A stretch of 20,000 nt of DNA from an uncultured virus (IMG/VR IMGVR_UViG_3300046000_006880) (taxonomy: Duplodnaviria > Heunggongvirae > Uroviricota > Caudoviricetes), in IMG/VR virus record IMGVR_UViG_3300046000_006880; one strand, given 5' to 3'. Of this stretch, positions 7,843 to 16,256 are shown piece after piece. Position numbers and translations under genes: made by a program. How positions within the stretch are numbered: position 1 is the stretch's first letter; each line of letters opens with the position of its first letter. Under the pieces are notes generated by a model that saw only the letters and a list, made by a program, of their open reading frames with translations, was not told the DNA's origin and did not search any database.

Positions 7843-9156
7843 TTAATCAGTCTTTTCTGTCTTAGGTATTGCCAAATGATTTCCATTGCCATCTATACAT
7901 GATATTGTGTATCCAAAATCTTCTAAGTCTTTAAAAATGTCTGAAATCTTGGTCGCATCAAATATTTTTAATGTTTCAACAGGAGGTTTTTGTGAGTTGT
8001 GCTTAAACATAATAGATGGCTTAAACTTTTCAATAGTTTCTTTTGCACCTTTAATTACTAGGTGTTCTTTACCTTCTAGGTCAATTTTGATATAATCGCA
8101 GGACTCTAGGTTTAGACTATCTATGGCTATTTCTTGTTCCGATTCCCCAAAAGAATTACCATAAAGAGTGATATCCGATAAATTGTTTGCTAACACGTTT
8201 TTACTAAGCAATTCAAATAATTTTTCCTGGGGTTCAAAACAGTGAATTTTTACATTTGAGTTAATACTCTTATAAACAACGGTGTGCGAGCCAGCGTGGG
8301 CTCCAATATCTAAAATAGTTGAAGAATTTTTTATAATGTCTGATAGGTGGTTTTCAATTAGATCTTGTTCATATATTTTATTAATAGATAAAAACTTAGT
8401 AAAGTCTAGATCGTTTTTATGGTAAGAGATGTATCCACAATCTGTTGTTTTTTCTTGTACCTCTGAGTTTTTAGATTTCCAAAACTCTGTTATTTGATTA
8501 TAAGATCTTGTGTGGCTTTGTAAAATGTGGTCTTGATTTATTGATGAGTTTAATTTTAGGTTAGTAACAAATAATGGCGTAGAGTATGTTTTTGCTGTAT
8601 AATAAATAAGAAAGTCTGCGACAGATTTTTTATCTAAATAAAAATTAAACTTATCATCTGGATAGTGTTTCTTAATTAATTTTTCAGCATACTCTCTTTT
8701 GATTAAATATGCACCTGCAGACCAATCATTAATTTCTTTTAAATGAGTATTTGTGTTTATATTTATGTTATGTATTATACACATTTGTAATATATCGTAT
8801 TTTTTATTTATATTTTTTAAAAACTCAGACCAATTAAAGTCCCAATATTGAACAGTTTCAAAACTTACATCATCTTCCATAATTATTGCATAGTCAGAAT
8901 CAGAAGTTTCAAGCCAAGTTTTTATTGCTGTCAGGTGGGACATGGCTGCACCGAGTTCTGGCTTTGTTAATGTTAATGCATCAAACTTAATTACATCTGA
9001 TTCCATGTTATGGGTGTTACCATCAATTGCATCAATAAATGTAAAATCTTTTATGCCGTGACTTTTAAATTGTTTTAGCATAAAATCTTTACGATCTTTA
9101 CGATCTTTAAGGTTGATTACGTATATTGGTCCAAAGGACTCTAATTTATTATTCAA
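7843..9156 (-). CDS. GT25-family glycosyltransferase fused to an FkbM-like methyltransferase domain
   Basis: The N-terminal half has IYVINLKDRKDR, AIDG, ELGAAMSH, IIMEDD and SAGAYLI (GT25). The C-terminal half has ILDIGAHAG, FEPQ and YIKIDLEG.E (FkbM). 8-bp overlap with the upstream gene. Confidence 0.8.
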   Translation of the reverse strand: MNNKLESFGPIYVINLKDRKDRKDFMLKQFKSHGIKDFTFIDAIDGNTHNMESDVIKFDALTLTKPELGAAMSHLTAIKTWLETSDSDYAIIMEDDVSFETVQYWDFNWSEFLKNINKKYDILQMCIIHNININTNTHLKEINDWSAGAYLIKREYAEKLIKKHYPDDKFNFYLDKKSVADFLIYYTAKTYSTPLFVTNLKLNSSINQDHILQSHTRSYNQITEFWKSKNSEVQEKTTDCGYISYHKNDLDFTKFLSINKIYEQDLIENHLSDIIKNSSTILDIGAHAGSHTVVYKSINSNVKIHCFEPQEKLFELLSKNVLANNLSDITLYGNSFGESEQEIAIDSLNLESCDYIKIDLEGKEHLVIKGAKETIEKFKPSIMFKHNSQKPPVETLKIFDATKISDIFKDLEDFGYTISCIDGNGNHLAIPKTEKTD

Positions 9157-9862
9157 ACCAATATGTCCCAGCGTGGGTTACTTTTACATAAGGGGCTAAA
9201 TAGATTGTGCCGCCAAAATTCTTCCATAACTGACAAAACTGATAATCTTCAGATAATAGTCTTTCAGACTCTGGGTTAATTCCAGTGTTCCAAAAATCGT
9301 AAACTGGATCTCCTTTTTGAATGGATCCCATTCCAGATTGATCAACTCTATATTGACCAACATGTGGTTTTAAAAAATCAAAAACTTTTCTTTTAATTGC
9401 AACAAGTCCAGTTCCAACATAAACAACCTCTACTTTGTTATTTGGATTTTTTGCAAGAATTTGTTTTTGTTCTTTACTTATGTTTACATTATATATTGAG
9501 GAATGTTTTGCTAAGTTTGTTTTTCCATCTACCGCTGCTTGTGCAACTTTTTCCCAATTAATACCTTTCATGGGAACTGCAGCACCAATAATGTCAACTT
9601 CTTCTTCCACCATTTTACACACGCCTTTTGGATCAAAACCTTCGTCGGCATCAATAAAAATAAGATATTCAGAGTTAGTTCTTAAAAATATTTCAGTCAA
9701 AGTATTTCTTGCTCGTGTAATTAATGATTCATTATATAGGTCATGGTATAAAACCTCATGTCCGCGGGACCTAAGCAAATTTATTAACTCCATCATACTT
9801 TTCATAAAAATACCATGGCAGACACCACCATACATAGGAGTTGCTATACTAATTCTAGCCAA
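9149..9862 (-). CDS. GT-A fold (GT2-like) glycosyltransferase
   Basis: IATPMYGG, NESLITRARN, the DxD motif FIDAD, GTG, LSEDYQFC and HAG. TTG start directly after the upstream TAA. Confidence 0.75.
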   Translation of the reverse strand: MARISIATPMYGGVCHGIFMKSMMELINLLRSRGHEVLYHDLYNESLITRARNTLTEIFLRTNSEYLIFIDADEGFDPKGVCKMVEEEVDIIGAAVPMKGINWEKVAQAAVDGKTNLAKHSSIYNVNISKEQKQILAKNPNNKVEVVYVGTGLVAIKRKVFDFLKPHVGQYRVDQSGMGSIQKGDPVYDFWNTGINPESERLLSEDYQFCQLWKNFGGTIYLAPYVKVTHAGTYWFE

Positions 9863-10591
9863 TTAGATTACCCCCTTTATGTTATCTAGATTTTTAAAAG
9901 ACTCAACTTTATTATACCACTTCAAAGAATTTGTTTTTATTAACATTGGCATATATTTGTCCCACAATTCTTTTCTTTCAACATATGGGCTAGTTTTAAA
10001 TCTAGAGTAGTCTGATCCAGTAGTCTTTGTGTGTTTCATAATAAGTTTATCTATTACAGCTATTTTATTTTTTGGTGCCCCTAACAAAGCGTTCCATACG
10101 TGTTCCATCCCCCACATAGACTCTGTTGCTCCAAAAGTATGAGACAAATATAACATAACTTCTTTTTTAAATGATGGCGCCATGACTTCAACAAAATTAG
10201 TAAACCTTATATCTGAATCTGGTTTATTTGCAGTAATTGGAAGATTTACATTATTTACAACTGATGGCTGTGCTATCCATAAATCATATTTTTCCATTAT
10301 TAAAAACATCTCTTCTATATCTTTTATATCAATGTCTAAATCATCGTCGGGTAGCCAAATGTATCCATACTGCTGTATTTTTTCAAAATTGTCTGTTATT
10401 ATTTCTTTTAGAAATTCATATTTTGATTTTGTTTTAATGTTAAGAAAATAAGTTGATTGTGATTTATATTTTTTTAAATTTGTTTCATTGTTTCCATAAT
10501 ATATTAAAAATAAATCAACACTGTCAGACCCAACCCATTTTTCATGTAATGAATTATCTCCAACTGCAGATATAATTAAGTTTTTATTCAT
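9863..10591 (-). CDS. DUF707-family (GT-A-like) protein
   Basis: YIWLPDDD, AQPS, FTNFVEVMAP.F and WG motifs. Start placed at ATG 10591, which gives an 8-bp ATGAATAA overlap with glf, rather than TTG 10603. Confidence 0.7.
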   Translation of the reverse strand: MNKNLIISAVGDNSLHEKWVGSDSVDLFLIYYGNNETNLKKYKSQSTYFLNIKTKSKYEFLKEIITDNFEKIQQYGYIWLPDDDLDIDIKDIEEMFLIMEKYDLWIAQPSVVNNVNLPITANKPDSDIRFTNFVEVMAPSFKKEVMLYLSHTFGATESMWGMEHVWNALLGAPKNKIAVIDKLIMKHTKTTGSDYSRFKTSPYVERKELWDKYMPMLIKTNSLKWYNKVESFKNLDNIKGVI

Positions 10592-11684
10592 TCTTAGTAT
10601 CAAAACTTTCCGTAAAATTTAATGCACTTTCTATTACTTGGTGCATATCGTAATATTTGTATTCGGCAAGTCTTCCACCAAAATAAACATTTGTCTCAAG
10701 TTTTGAAAGTTCTAAGTATTTATTGTAAAGATCTTGATTTTGTTTATCATTAATTGGATAATAAGGTTCATCTCCTTTATTCCATTCAACGGGGTATTCT
10801 TTTGTTATAATTGTTTTATTAGAATTATTTTTATAAAAATGTTTATGTTCTATAATTCTTGTGTATGGCACACTTTCTTCTGTATAGTTAACAACAGAAT
10901 GACCTTGATAGTTATCTATGTCTAAAGTCTCATGCTCAAATTCTAATGGACGATATTCCAAGTCGCCAAACTTGTAATCATAAAATTTATCTATCTGCCC
11001 TGTAAATATAATATTTTGTGCAAGGCTTTTTAAAGATTCTTTATTCTCAAAAAAATCTGTATTAAGTTTTATGTCTATTCCATCAAGCATCTTTTCAAAT
11101 ATTTTTGTAAAACCCTCAGTTGGCATTCCTTGATAATCATCAAAAAAGTAATTATTGTCATATGTGTATCTTACTGGAAGTCGTTTAATAATACTAGAAG
11201 GTAAATCTTTAGGGTCTTTTAACCATTGTTTTTTTGTATATCCCTTGATTAATTTTTCATAAATTTCTTCTCCTATATTTGCAATTGCTTGCTCTTCAAG
11301 GTTTTGAGGCTCTCCAATAAATTTTTGAGAATCAATAATATCTTTTGCTTCTTTTGGAGTATTAACGCCCCAGAGTTTGTTAAAAGTCCACATATTAAAA
11401 GGTAAAGAATATAGTTCATCCTGATATTTAGCAATTACATGATGCCTATAGTTATTAAATGTTGTGAATCTATTAATGTATTCCCAGACTTTTTTATTAG
11501 AGGTATGAAAAATATGAGCTCCATATTTACTTACATGTATTCCTTCAATTTCTTCTGTATAACAATTGCCACCAATATGATCTCTTTTTTCTACAACTAA
11601 GCATTTATATCCTTTATCTGTAAGTTCTCTAGCACATACAGAACCATAAAAGCCTGCTCCAATAATTAAAAAATCATATTTCAT
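10584..11684 (-). CDS. glf: UDP-galactopyranose mutase
   Basis: FAD motif IIGAGFYG, then HIGGNCY, YGAHIFHT, GYTKKQW, RLPVR...YF.D.YQG.P, YTRIIEHKHF, EPYYPIND and GRLAEYKYYDMHQVI. Full length at 366 aa. Confidence 0.96.
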   Translation of the reverse strand: MKYDFLIIGAGFYGSVCARELTDKGYKCLVVEKRDHIGGNCYTEEIEGIHVSKYGAHIFHTSNKKVWEYINRFTTFNNYRHHVIAKYQDELYSLPFNMWTFNKLWGVNTPKEAKDIIDSQKFIGEPQNLEEQAIANIGEEIYEKLIKGYTKKQWLKDPKDLPSSIIKRLPVRYTYDNNYFFDDYQGMPTEGFTKIFEKMLDGIDIKLNTDFFENKESLKSLAQNIIFTGQIDKFYDYKFGDLEYRPLEFEHETLDIDNYQGHSVVNYTEESVPYTRIIEHKHFYKNNSNKTIITKEYPVEWNKGDEPYYPINDKQNQDLYNKYLELSKLETNVYFGGRLAEYKYYDMHQVIESALNFTESFDTKNE

Positions 11685-11685
11685 A

Positions 11686-12279
11686 TTAACTCTTTCTTGT
11701 TACTTTAAACGCAACTTGCTCATTATGGATCTGATTATTATTGCTAGAGTATGCTATAGGCTCATATTCCCAGGAGTACGTATCTAAAAATTCTGAAAAA
11801 GCTTTAAACTCATGATCCTGCCATGTTTCATAATTAAAAAATTCATCAAACAAAAAAACACAAGTCTCTCCTAGGTAAGGCTCTATAGAGTCTAAAACAT
11901 ATTTTGTAGATGAATACAGGTCTGCATCAAAATGAACAAAAGATATATTTAACTCCTCATTTAAAAAATCTAACAGTGTTTCTTGAAATAATCCAACTAT
12001 GATTGTTGCCTTATCTATTTTTGGAATTTTATTTGTAGCAAAAAGTCCTTTTTCAAAATTTGGTCGCCAGTCTTCTGGAAGCCCAAGAAAACTATCAAAC
12101 CCATACGATTTATCTGGAAAATGTTTTGAAATTATACCCAATGTTCTTCCTGAAAAAACCCCAAACTCTAAAGCAATACCATCTTTTTTTGCTTTATCTA
12201 AAGCACATTTTAAAGTATTATCTTTATGGTTTGTTTTTTCTGCTTTAAAATAAACACTATCTATAATTTCATTGTTCAT
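11686..12279 (-). CDS. TylF/MycF-like class I SAM-dependent O-methyltransferase
   Basis: LEFGVFSG.T, GFDSF.GLPEDW, G.F.ETL, VHFDADLYSST, FDE and HEFKAF. Confidence 0.8.
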   Translation of the reverse strand: MNNEIIDSVYFKAEKTNHKDNTLKCALDKAKKDGIALEFGVFSGRTLGIISKHFPDKSYGFDSFLGLPEDWRPNFEKGLFATNKIPKIDKATIIVGLFQETLLDFLNEELNISFVHFDADLYSSTKYVLDSIEPYLGETCVFLFDEFFNYETWQDHEFKAFSEFLDTYSWEYEPIAYSSNNNQIHNEQVAFKVTRKS

Positions 12280-12287
12280 TTTTTCCC

Positions 12288-12512
12288 CTAAATAATATAA
12301 TTTGAAAAACCAATAATCTGAATGCCAATTCCTGGGGGATTTGAAGCAGAATATCCTTCAATTCCTATAGTAGTAAATCTAACTCTAAATGGAAGTATTG
12401 AATTAATTACCGTCAAAGGAGCAGAATAACTTATTTGTGTTATTGGATGATTTATGGCTTTAGGAACAGTAGTTCTATTTCTGTAATCATCAATAATTAC
12501 AGCAGTTGCCAT
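12288..12512 (-). CDS. Small conserved phage protein (hypothetical)
   Basis: 74 aa, translationally coupled (TAATG) to 12512-12916. Confidence 0.65.
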   Translation of the reverse strand: MATAVIIDDYRNRTTVPKAINHPITQISYSAPLTVINSILPFRVRFTTIGIEGYSASNPPGIGIQIIGFSNYII

Positions 12513-12916
12513 TAGTCAGTTACATCCTCAATAATTATCATTTTACCCTGGCAAACTGTCCAGACTCTATCCATGTCGCTTAGTTCAACATCAAATACGT
12601 CTCCAGTTTGTAGTTGTTCTGTTTGTACAGAAGTTAAAGAAACTGTAAACTCACCAACTTCATCATTCTCTGTTGCTACGGGAACAATTGTAAAAATAGT
12701 TCCAGCAGAATCTTGTGTAAAATCTCCTGCTGCATCTGGGCGGCGGAATTCACAAAGAATATCCCAATCGGCAATTACAAGAGGATCTTTATTATCATCT
12801 GTTGTATAAACTCTAAATGCAGCAGTATCGCCTCTAACTACCGTCCAACTAACAATTGGTGGTCTTAAACCAACATCATACGCATCTTTTATTTCTTGCC
12901 CTCTATAATTAGCCAT
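12512..12916 (-). CDS. Baseplate/adaptor-like beta-sandwich protein (WTVVRGD family, paralogue 1)
   Basis: WTVVRGDTAAF...FTVSLT..QT..L...DVFDVEL...VWTVCQG resembles BppU-N-like domains and is homologous to 18245-18640. Confidence 0.6.
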   Translation of the reverse strand: MANYRGQEIKDAYDVGLRPPIVSWTVVRGDTAAFRVYTTDDNKDPLVIADWDILCEFRRPDAAGDFTQDSAGTIFTIVPVATENDEVGEFTVSLTSVQTEQLQTGDVFDVELSDMDRVWTVCQGKMIIIEDVTD

Positions 12917-12925
12917 AGTTCTTTT

Positions 12926-12934
12926 ATTATATCA
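12926..12934 (-). promoter_or_regulatory. Extended -10 promoter, near-leaderless transcript covering the glycan cassette
   Basis: TGATATAAT-AAAAGAACT-ATG (9-nt spacer, no SD). Confidence 0.65.
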
Positions 12935-12952
12935 TATATGTAGTCATTTATT

Positions 12953-12971
12953 TTGTTATCAAAAAGTTATA
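12953..12971. promoter_or_regulatory. 11-bp-period direct-repeat box (OmpR/PhoB-family type, MtrA-like), copy 1
   Basis: TTGTTATCAAAAAGTTATA, 17/19 identical to 18770-18788. It lies between divergent promoters. Confidence 0.5.
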
Positions 12972-12999
12972 AATATAACGGACAAAACGGACATTAATG

Positions 13000-13028
13000 T
13001 TGTACTGGATAGTAGATTGTGTTATACT
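13000..13028 (+). promoter_or_regulatory. Sigma70/SigA-type promoter for the transglycosylase
   Basis: TTGTAC-17 nt-TATACT with a TG extension, followed by a perfect 8-bp hairpin ATGAGACC-AATTA-GGTCTCAT (13034-13054) and an AGGAGGT RBS. Confidence 0.7.
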
Positions 13029-13077
13029 AGATTATGAGACCAATTAGGTCTCATTCGTTTCTTAGGAGGTAAAAACT

Positions 13078-13623
13078 ATGAGAGAAACAAAAGTGTGGTT
13101 TGGGGTATTGTTATTGGTGTTTACATCTGCTATTTTTTCAAATAATGCAAATGCTACTACCAAAAATAATTTACTAAATGAAGTAGCCTTGAAACAATCT
13201 ACCGCCCCTAAAGCGGTTTTTTTAGTTTCTAGGGCAAAAATGTTAAAGAAGTATGAAAATGCAGCAACTCTTTCAGACAAAGATTTGGTGCTAGTTCTAA
13301 AGGCAGTAGGGTTTAAAGGACGGGACTTGCAAGAGGCCTGGGCTATAGCAAAAAAGGAATCTAATGGACAACCTATTAGATTTAATGGCAATACAAAAAC
13401 AGGAGATAGTTCTTATGGACTATTTCAAATTAATATGATTAGTGATCTAGGTCCAGAACGTCGTGATAAGTTTAACCTTAAAACAAATTCTGATTTATTG
13501 AATCCCGTCATAAACGCAAAAATTGCATACCATATGAGCGATGGTGGTAAGAACTGGTCTGCTTGGAAAGGCATAACAGCCAAAACCAAGATGTGGATGA
13601 AGAAGTTCCCACACAACATTTAA
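13078..13623 (+). CDS. Secreted lytic transglycosylase (SLT/lysozyme-like fold)
   Basis: Signal peptide (MRETK, hydrophobic stretch, ANA cleavage motif). Catalytic AIAKKES, SYGLFQIN, L..P..NA.IA and GGKNWSAW motifs. Confidence 0.85.
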   Translation: MRETKVWFGVLLLVFTSAIFSNNANATTKNNLLNEVALKQSTAPKAVFLVSRAKMLKKYENAATLSDKDLVLVLKAVGFKGRDLQEAWAIAKKESNGQPIRFNGNTKTGDSSYGLFQINMISDLGPERRDKFNLKTNSDLLNPVINAKIAYHMSDGGKNWSAWKGITAKTKMWMKKFPHNI

Positions 13624-13630
13624 ACAAAAT

Positions 13631-13670
13631 AAAACCCCCCTTGGCTATATGCCTTGGGGGGTATTTTTTT
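13631..13670. terminator. Bidirectional intrinsic terminator between convergent genes
   Basis: AAAA-CCCCCC-TT-GGC-TATAT-GCC-TT-GGGGGG-TATTTTTTT, with an A-tract on the left and a T-tract on the right. Confidence 0.8.
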
Positions 13671-13681
13671 ATCTATGAAGA

Positions 13682-13984
13682 TTATGCGATTTCAACACCT
13701 GAGATGTGAAATGATACTGTTACTGCTGATGCAAAACCAGCAATAATCTTAGTTGTAGCAAGTACCTGCTTTAGGTCAAAAAATGCTGTTGTATTTGCTG
13801 CAATTGCAACTGTCTTTAGCATATCAACACCGTCAAGTGTAATAGTAAATGTTGCTGCTGTTGCTGCTGAGTTTGCAACTACAATGTTTGTAACAACTGT
13901 AGTAGTTGATGATGGTACTGTGTATAGTGTTGCTGATGATGTTGCTGCTGCTGTACGAGCAAGAGCCTTAGTTGTTGTAGCCAT
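13682..13984 (-). CDS. Small Thr/Ala-rich virion protein (LYTVP...ISG.E family)
   Basis: 100 aa. The TLYTVPSSTT.VVTNIVVAN...HISGVEI pattern is typical of small phage beta-sandwich virion proteins. Confidence 0.65.
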   Translation of the reverse strand: MATTTKALARTAAATSSATLYTVPSSTTTVVTNIVVANSAATAATFTITLDGVDMLKTVAIAANTTAFFDLKQVLATTKIIAGFASAVTVSFHISGVEIA

Positions 13985-14058
13985 TTATTTCTACTTTCTT
14001 TTAATAGTCGCGTCCCCGCTTTTATCGTGGATCACCTATAGTGCAATTATACAGTATT

Positions 14059-14250
14059 TTATTCTTCTGTTGGTGTTATATCTGGTGCTATGAAATTAGT
14101 GCCGTCATAGGACCAGCCAATGCCTGCGGGGTTTTCATCTGTATATTCAATAACGTTATAAATATTTATCTCATTAAAAATTTCAACTGAACTTGCAACT
14201 ATAATGTTTGTTACTTTATTGTCTGAATCAATCATTGCATATTTTTTCAT
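14059..14250 (-). CDS. ~60-aa partner of Gly-rich protein (copy 3), tail-fibre-assembly-like
   Basis: YAMID..NKVTNIIV...EYTDENPAGIGWSYDGTNFIAP, with AGGAG RBS. Confidence 0.75.
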   Translation of the reverse strand: MKKYAMIDSDNKVTNIIVASSVEIFNEINIYNVIEYTDENPAGIGWSYDGTNFIAPDITPTEE

Positions 14251-14259
14251 TTTTAACTC

Positions 14260-15147
14260 CTAGTAATAAAGGTAGAGAATACCTGCGCCACCAGAACCAG
14301 CCGTCACTCCACTATATCCACCGCCGCCGCCACCGCCACCTAATCCACCTGTTCTTCCACTTGCAATTGCTGCATAACCACCGCCGCCAGCGCCATTGAC
14401 TCCAGTTGCTCCAGCAAATTTGCCTGTGCCACCAACGGTTCCAGCATATCCAGCACCACCACCAATCCATTGTCCATTTCCACCATTGCCATGAGAACCA
14501 CCGCCACCACCAACAAGACCAGTTCCTCCAAGACCATTGCTCACGTTGTAAGCATTTCCATTTGAAGCTGTAAGGTATCCATATCCAGCTCCTCCGCCTC
14601 CAGTCCAAGCACCGTTGTTAGGTGCGCCTGATCCAGAGGAAGAACCTTCTGGAATAGAAGTAATATAAAACCCTAAAGAAGCACCTCCTGCTCCACCGCC
14701 CTGTCCTCCAGACCAGTTAGTTCCTTGACCTCCGCCTCCGCCTGCGGCAGTTCCAGTTGAACTTGGAGCACTGCCTGCTGCACCGCTAGCAGTACCAGAA
14801 TTTATCCCGCCTCGTCCCCCAGCGCCACCGCCTCTAGCAACAAGACTACTAAAAATGCTATTTCCTCCGTTAGAAGTTGCAGTTCCACCTGCGCCGATGA
14901 CTACATAGGCAGAAGGAAATACAAGACCTTGAACTAAAGAAGCACCTCCACCGCCACCTCCTGATGTAACGCCAGCACCTGAATCATAACCTTGGCCACC
15001 TCCACCGCCACCGCCGACAAGAATAGCGTAAACTTGTGTAATATTTGAAGGAATAGTAACTACTCCAGTAGACGTAATTGTTTGTTGAAGAGTTAATTGA
15101 GTTGGATTAAATCCAGAGGATGCTTCAGGGAATACTGATTGACCCAT
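14260..15147 (-). CDS. Glycine-rich (polyglycine-II-type) adhesin-like protein (copy 3)
   Basis: MGQSVFPEA N-terminus, VYAILVGGGGGGG, VVIGAGG, many GGGG runs and C-terminal GSGGAGILYLYY. Confidence 0.8.
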   Translation of the reverse strand: MGQSVFPEASSGFNPTQLTLQQTITSTGVVTIPSNITQVYAILVGGGGGGGQGYDSGAGVTSGGGGGGASLVQGLVFPSAYVVIGAGGTATSNGGNSIFSSLVARGGGAGGRGGINSGTASGAAGSAPSSTGTAAGGGGGQGTNWSGGQGGGAGGASLGFYITSIPEGSSSGSGAPNNGAWTGGGGAGYGYLTASNGNAYNVSNGLGGTGLVGGGGGSHGNGGNGQWIGGGAGYAGTVGGTGKFAGATGVNGAGGGGYAAIASGRTGGLGGGGGGGGYSGVTAGSGGAGILYLYY

Positions 15148-15243
15148 TATTTATTCTCCTCTATTGTAGGTGGTATAAAATTAGTACCGTCATAGGTGTA
15201 ACCAATGTATGCTGGATTTTCGTCTGTATATTCAACACAGGTT
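15121..15243. repeat. 123-bp junction repeat, copy A
   Basis: Ungapped hand alignment to 16134-16256 gives 14 mismatches in 123 bp. It spans the partner-gene 3' half, the RBS and the MGQSVFPEA start. A partial third copy is at 14093-14150. Confidence 0.9.
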
Positions 15244-15332
15244 TGCCTTGTTGCTTCTTGTGCTATTTCTAAATTATTGCAAACAATAACATTAATTACT
15301 GTATCTCCATTAAGAACTGCAAAGTATGCCAT
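15147..15332 (-). CDS. ~60-aa partner of Gly-rich protein (copy 2)
   Basis: MAYFAVLNGDTVINVIV...CVEYTDENPAYIGYTYDGTNFIPP, with GAAAGGA RBS. Confidence 0.8.
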   Translation of the reverse strand: MAYFAVLNGDTVINVIVCNNLEIAQEATRQTCVEYTDENPAYIGYTYDGTNFIPPTIEENK

Positions 15333-15347
15333 TTATATTTTCCTTTC

Positions 15348-16160
15348 TTACCAGTAAACAAGCACACAGCCGTTACCGCCTGAGCCACCTGTTTCAGAAT
15401 CAGCACGGACTACACCTGCACCACCAGCACCGATTGTTACTGATGTAAAAGTTGCTGGAACCCAACCCATAATAATGGCACCTGCGCCACCACCGTGACC
15501 GCCACCGCCGTTGTTTGGCACTAAAGCAGTACTCCAAGTTCCCGCACCACCACCGCCACCACCAGAACCGCCGTTAATTCCAGTAGATAGTGCAAGTATT
15601 CCTGAACCGCCTCTGCCAGTACTTGTGTAAGTTGTACCATTGAAAAATGCAGCACCGCCAGTGCCTGCTCCAAGGTTTCCAGCGCTGTTATTTCCACCGC
15701 TTGTACCTGCGCCTCCACCTGGACCATATTGACCAGCGCCACCATTTTTGCCTGCAGTGGTAGCATTACCTCCACCGCCACCGCCTCCAGATGTGCCAAA
15801 TGAAGAACCAGCAACATTTGCGCCGCCTCCACCCGCGCCAAATGCATATAAATATTGAGAAGCAGTTGTGCTACTGCCATTATTACCAGAACCTAAAAGA
15901 CCGCCTCCACCTTGAGCAAATAAACCAGCAGCGTAAGTCATTCCCCCAAAACTAGTTGGTGTTGTTGAGTTGTAAGTTCCACCACCTTGTCCTCCGCCTA
16001 CAAGAACAACAAATACATTACTTACAGGAAATGTAATTCCTGTTGTAGTAGATGTATAAGTACGTTGCAAAGTTACGCCAGAAGGCACTTGCGTAGGCAA
16101 TTGTGCGCCACTGCTTGCACTTGTTGCACTTGTTGCTTCAGGAAATACTGATTGACCCAT
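15348..16160 (-). CDS. Glycine-rich adhesin-like protein (copy 2)
   Basis: MGQSVFPEA N-terminus, VFVVLVGGG, VTIGAGG and C-terminal GGSGGNGCVLVYW. Confidence 0.8.
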   Translation of the reverse strand: MGQSVFPEATSATSASSGAQLPTQVPSGVTLQRTYTSTTTGITFPVSNVFVVLVGGGQGGGTYNSTTPTSFGGMTYAAGLFAQGGGGLLGSGNNGSSTTASQYLYAFGAGGGGANVAGSSFGTSGGGGGGGNATTAGKNGGAGQYGPGGGAGTSGGNNSAGNLGAGTGGAAFFNGTTYTSTGRGGSGILALSTGINGGSGGGGGGAGTWSTALVPNNGGGGHGGGAGAIIMGWVPATFTSVTIGAGGAGVVRADSETGGSGGNGCVLVYW

Positions 16161-16256
16161 GATTATTTCTCCTCTATTGTAGGTGGTATAAAATTAGTGC
16201 CGTCATAAGTGTAGCCAATACCAGCGGGGTTTTCATCTGTATATTCAACACAGGTT
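16134..16256. repeat. 123-bp junction repeat, copy B
   Basis: See 15121-15243. Confidence 0.9.

Noticed and set aside
7843..12279. Bacterial O-antigen/capsule locus or Gtr-type serotype-conversion cassette
   Set aside because: No flippase, polymerase, priming transferase or multi-pass membrane protein is present, and the cassette is flanked on both sides by co-oriented phage structural genes.
13029..13077. c-di-AMP (ydaO) riboswitch before the transglycosylase
   Set aside because: The leader is under 50 nt with one simple hairpin.
15121..16256. TR/VR pair or CRISPR-like repeats
   Set aside because: The mismatches are not adenine-specific and are largely synonymous. The repeats are coding and ~1 kb apart, with no spacer array or cas genes.
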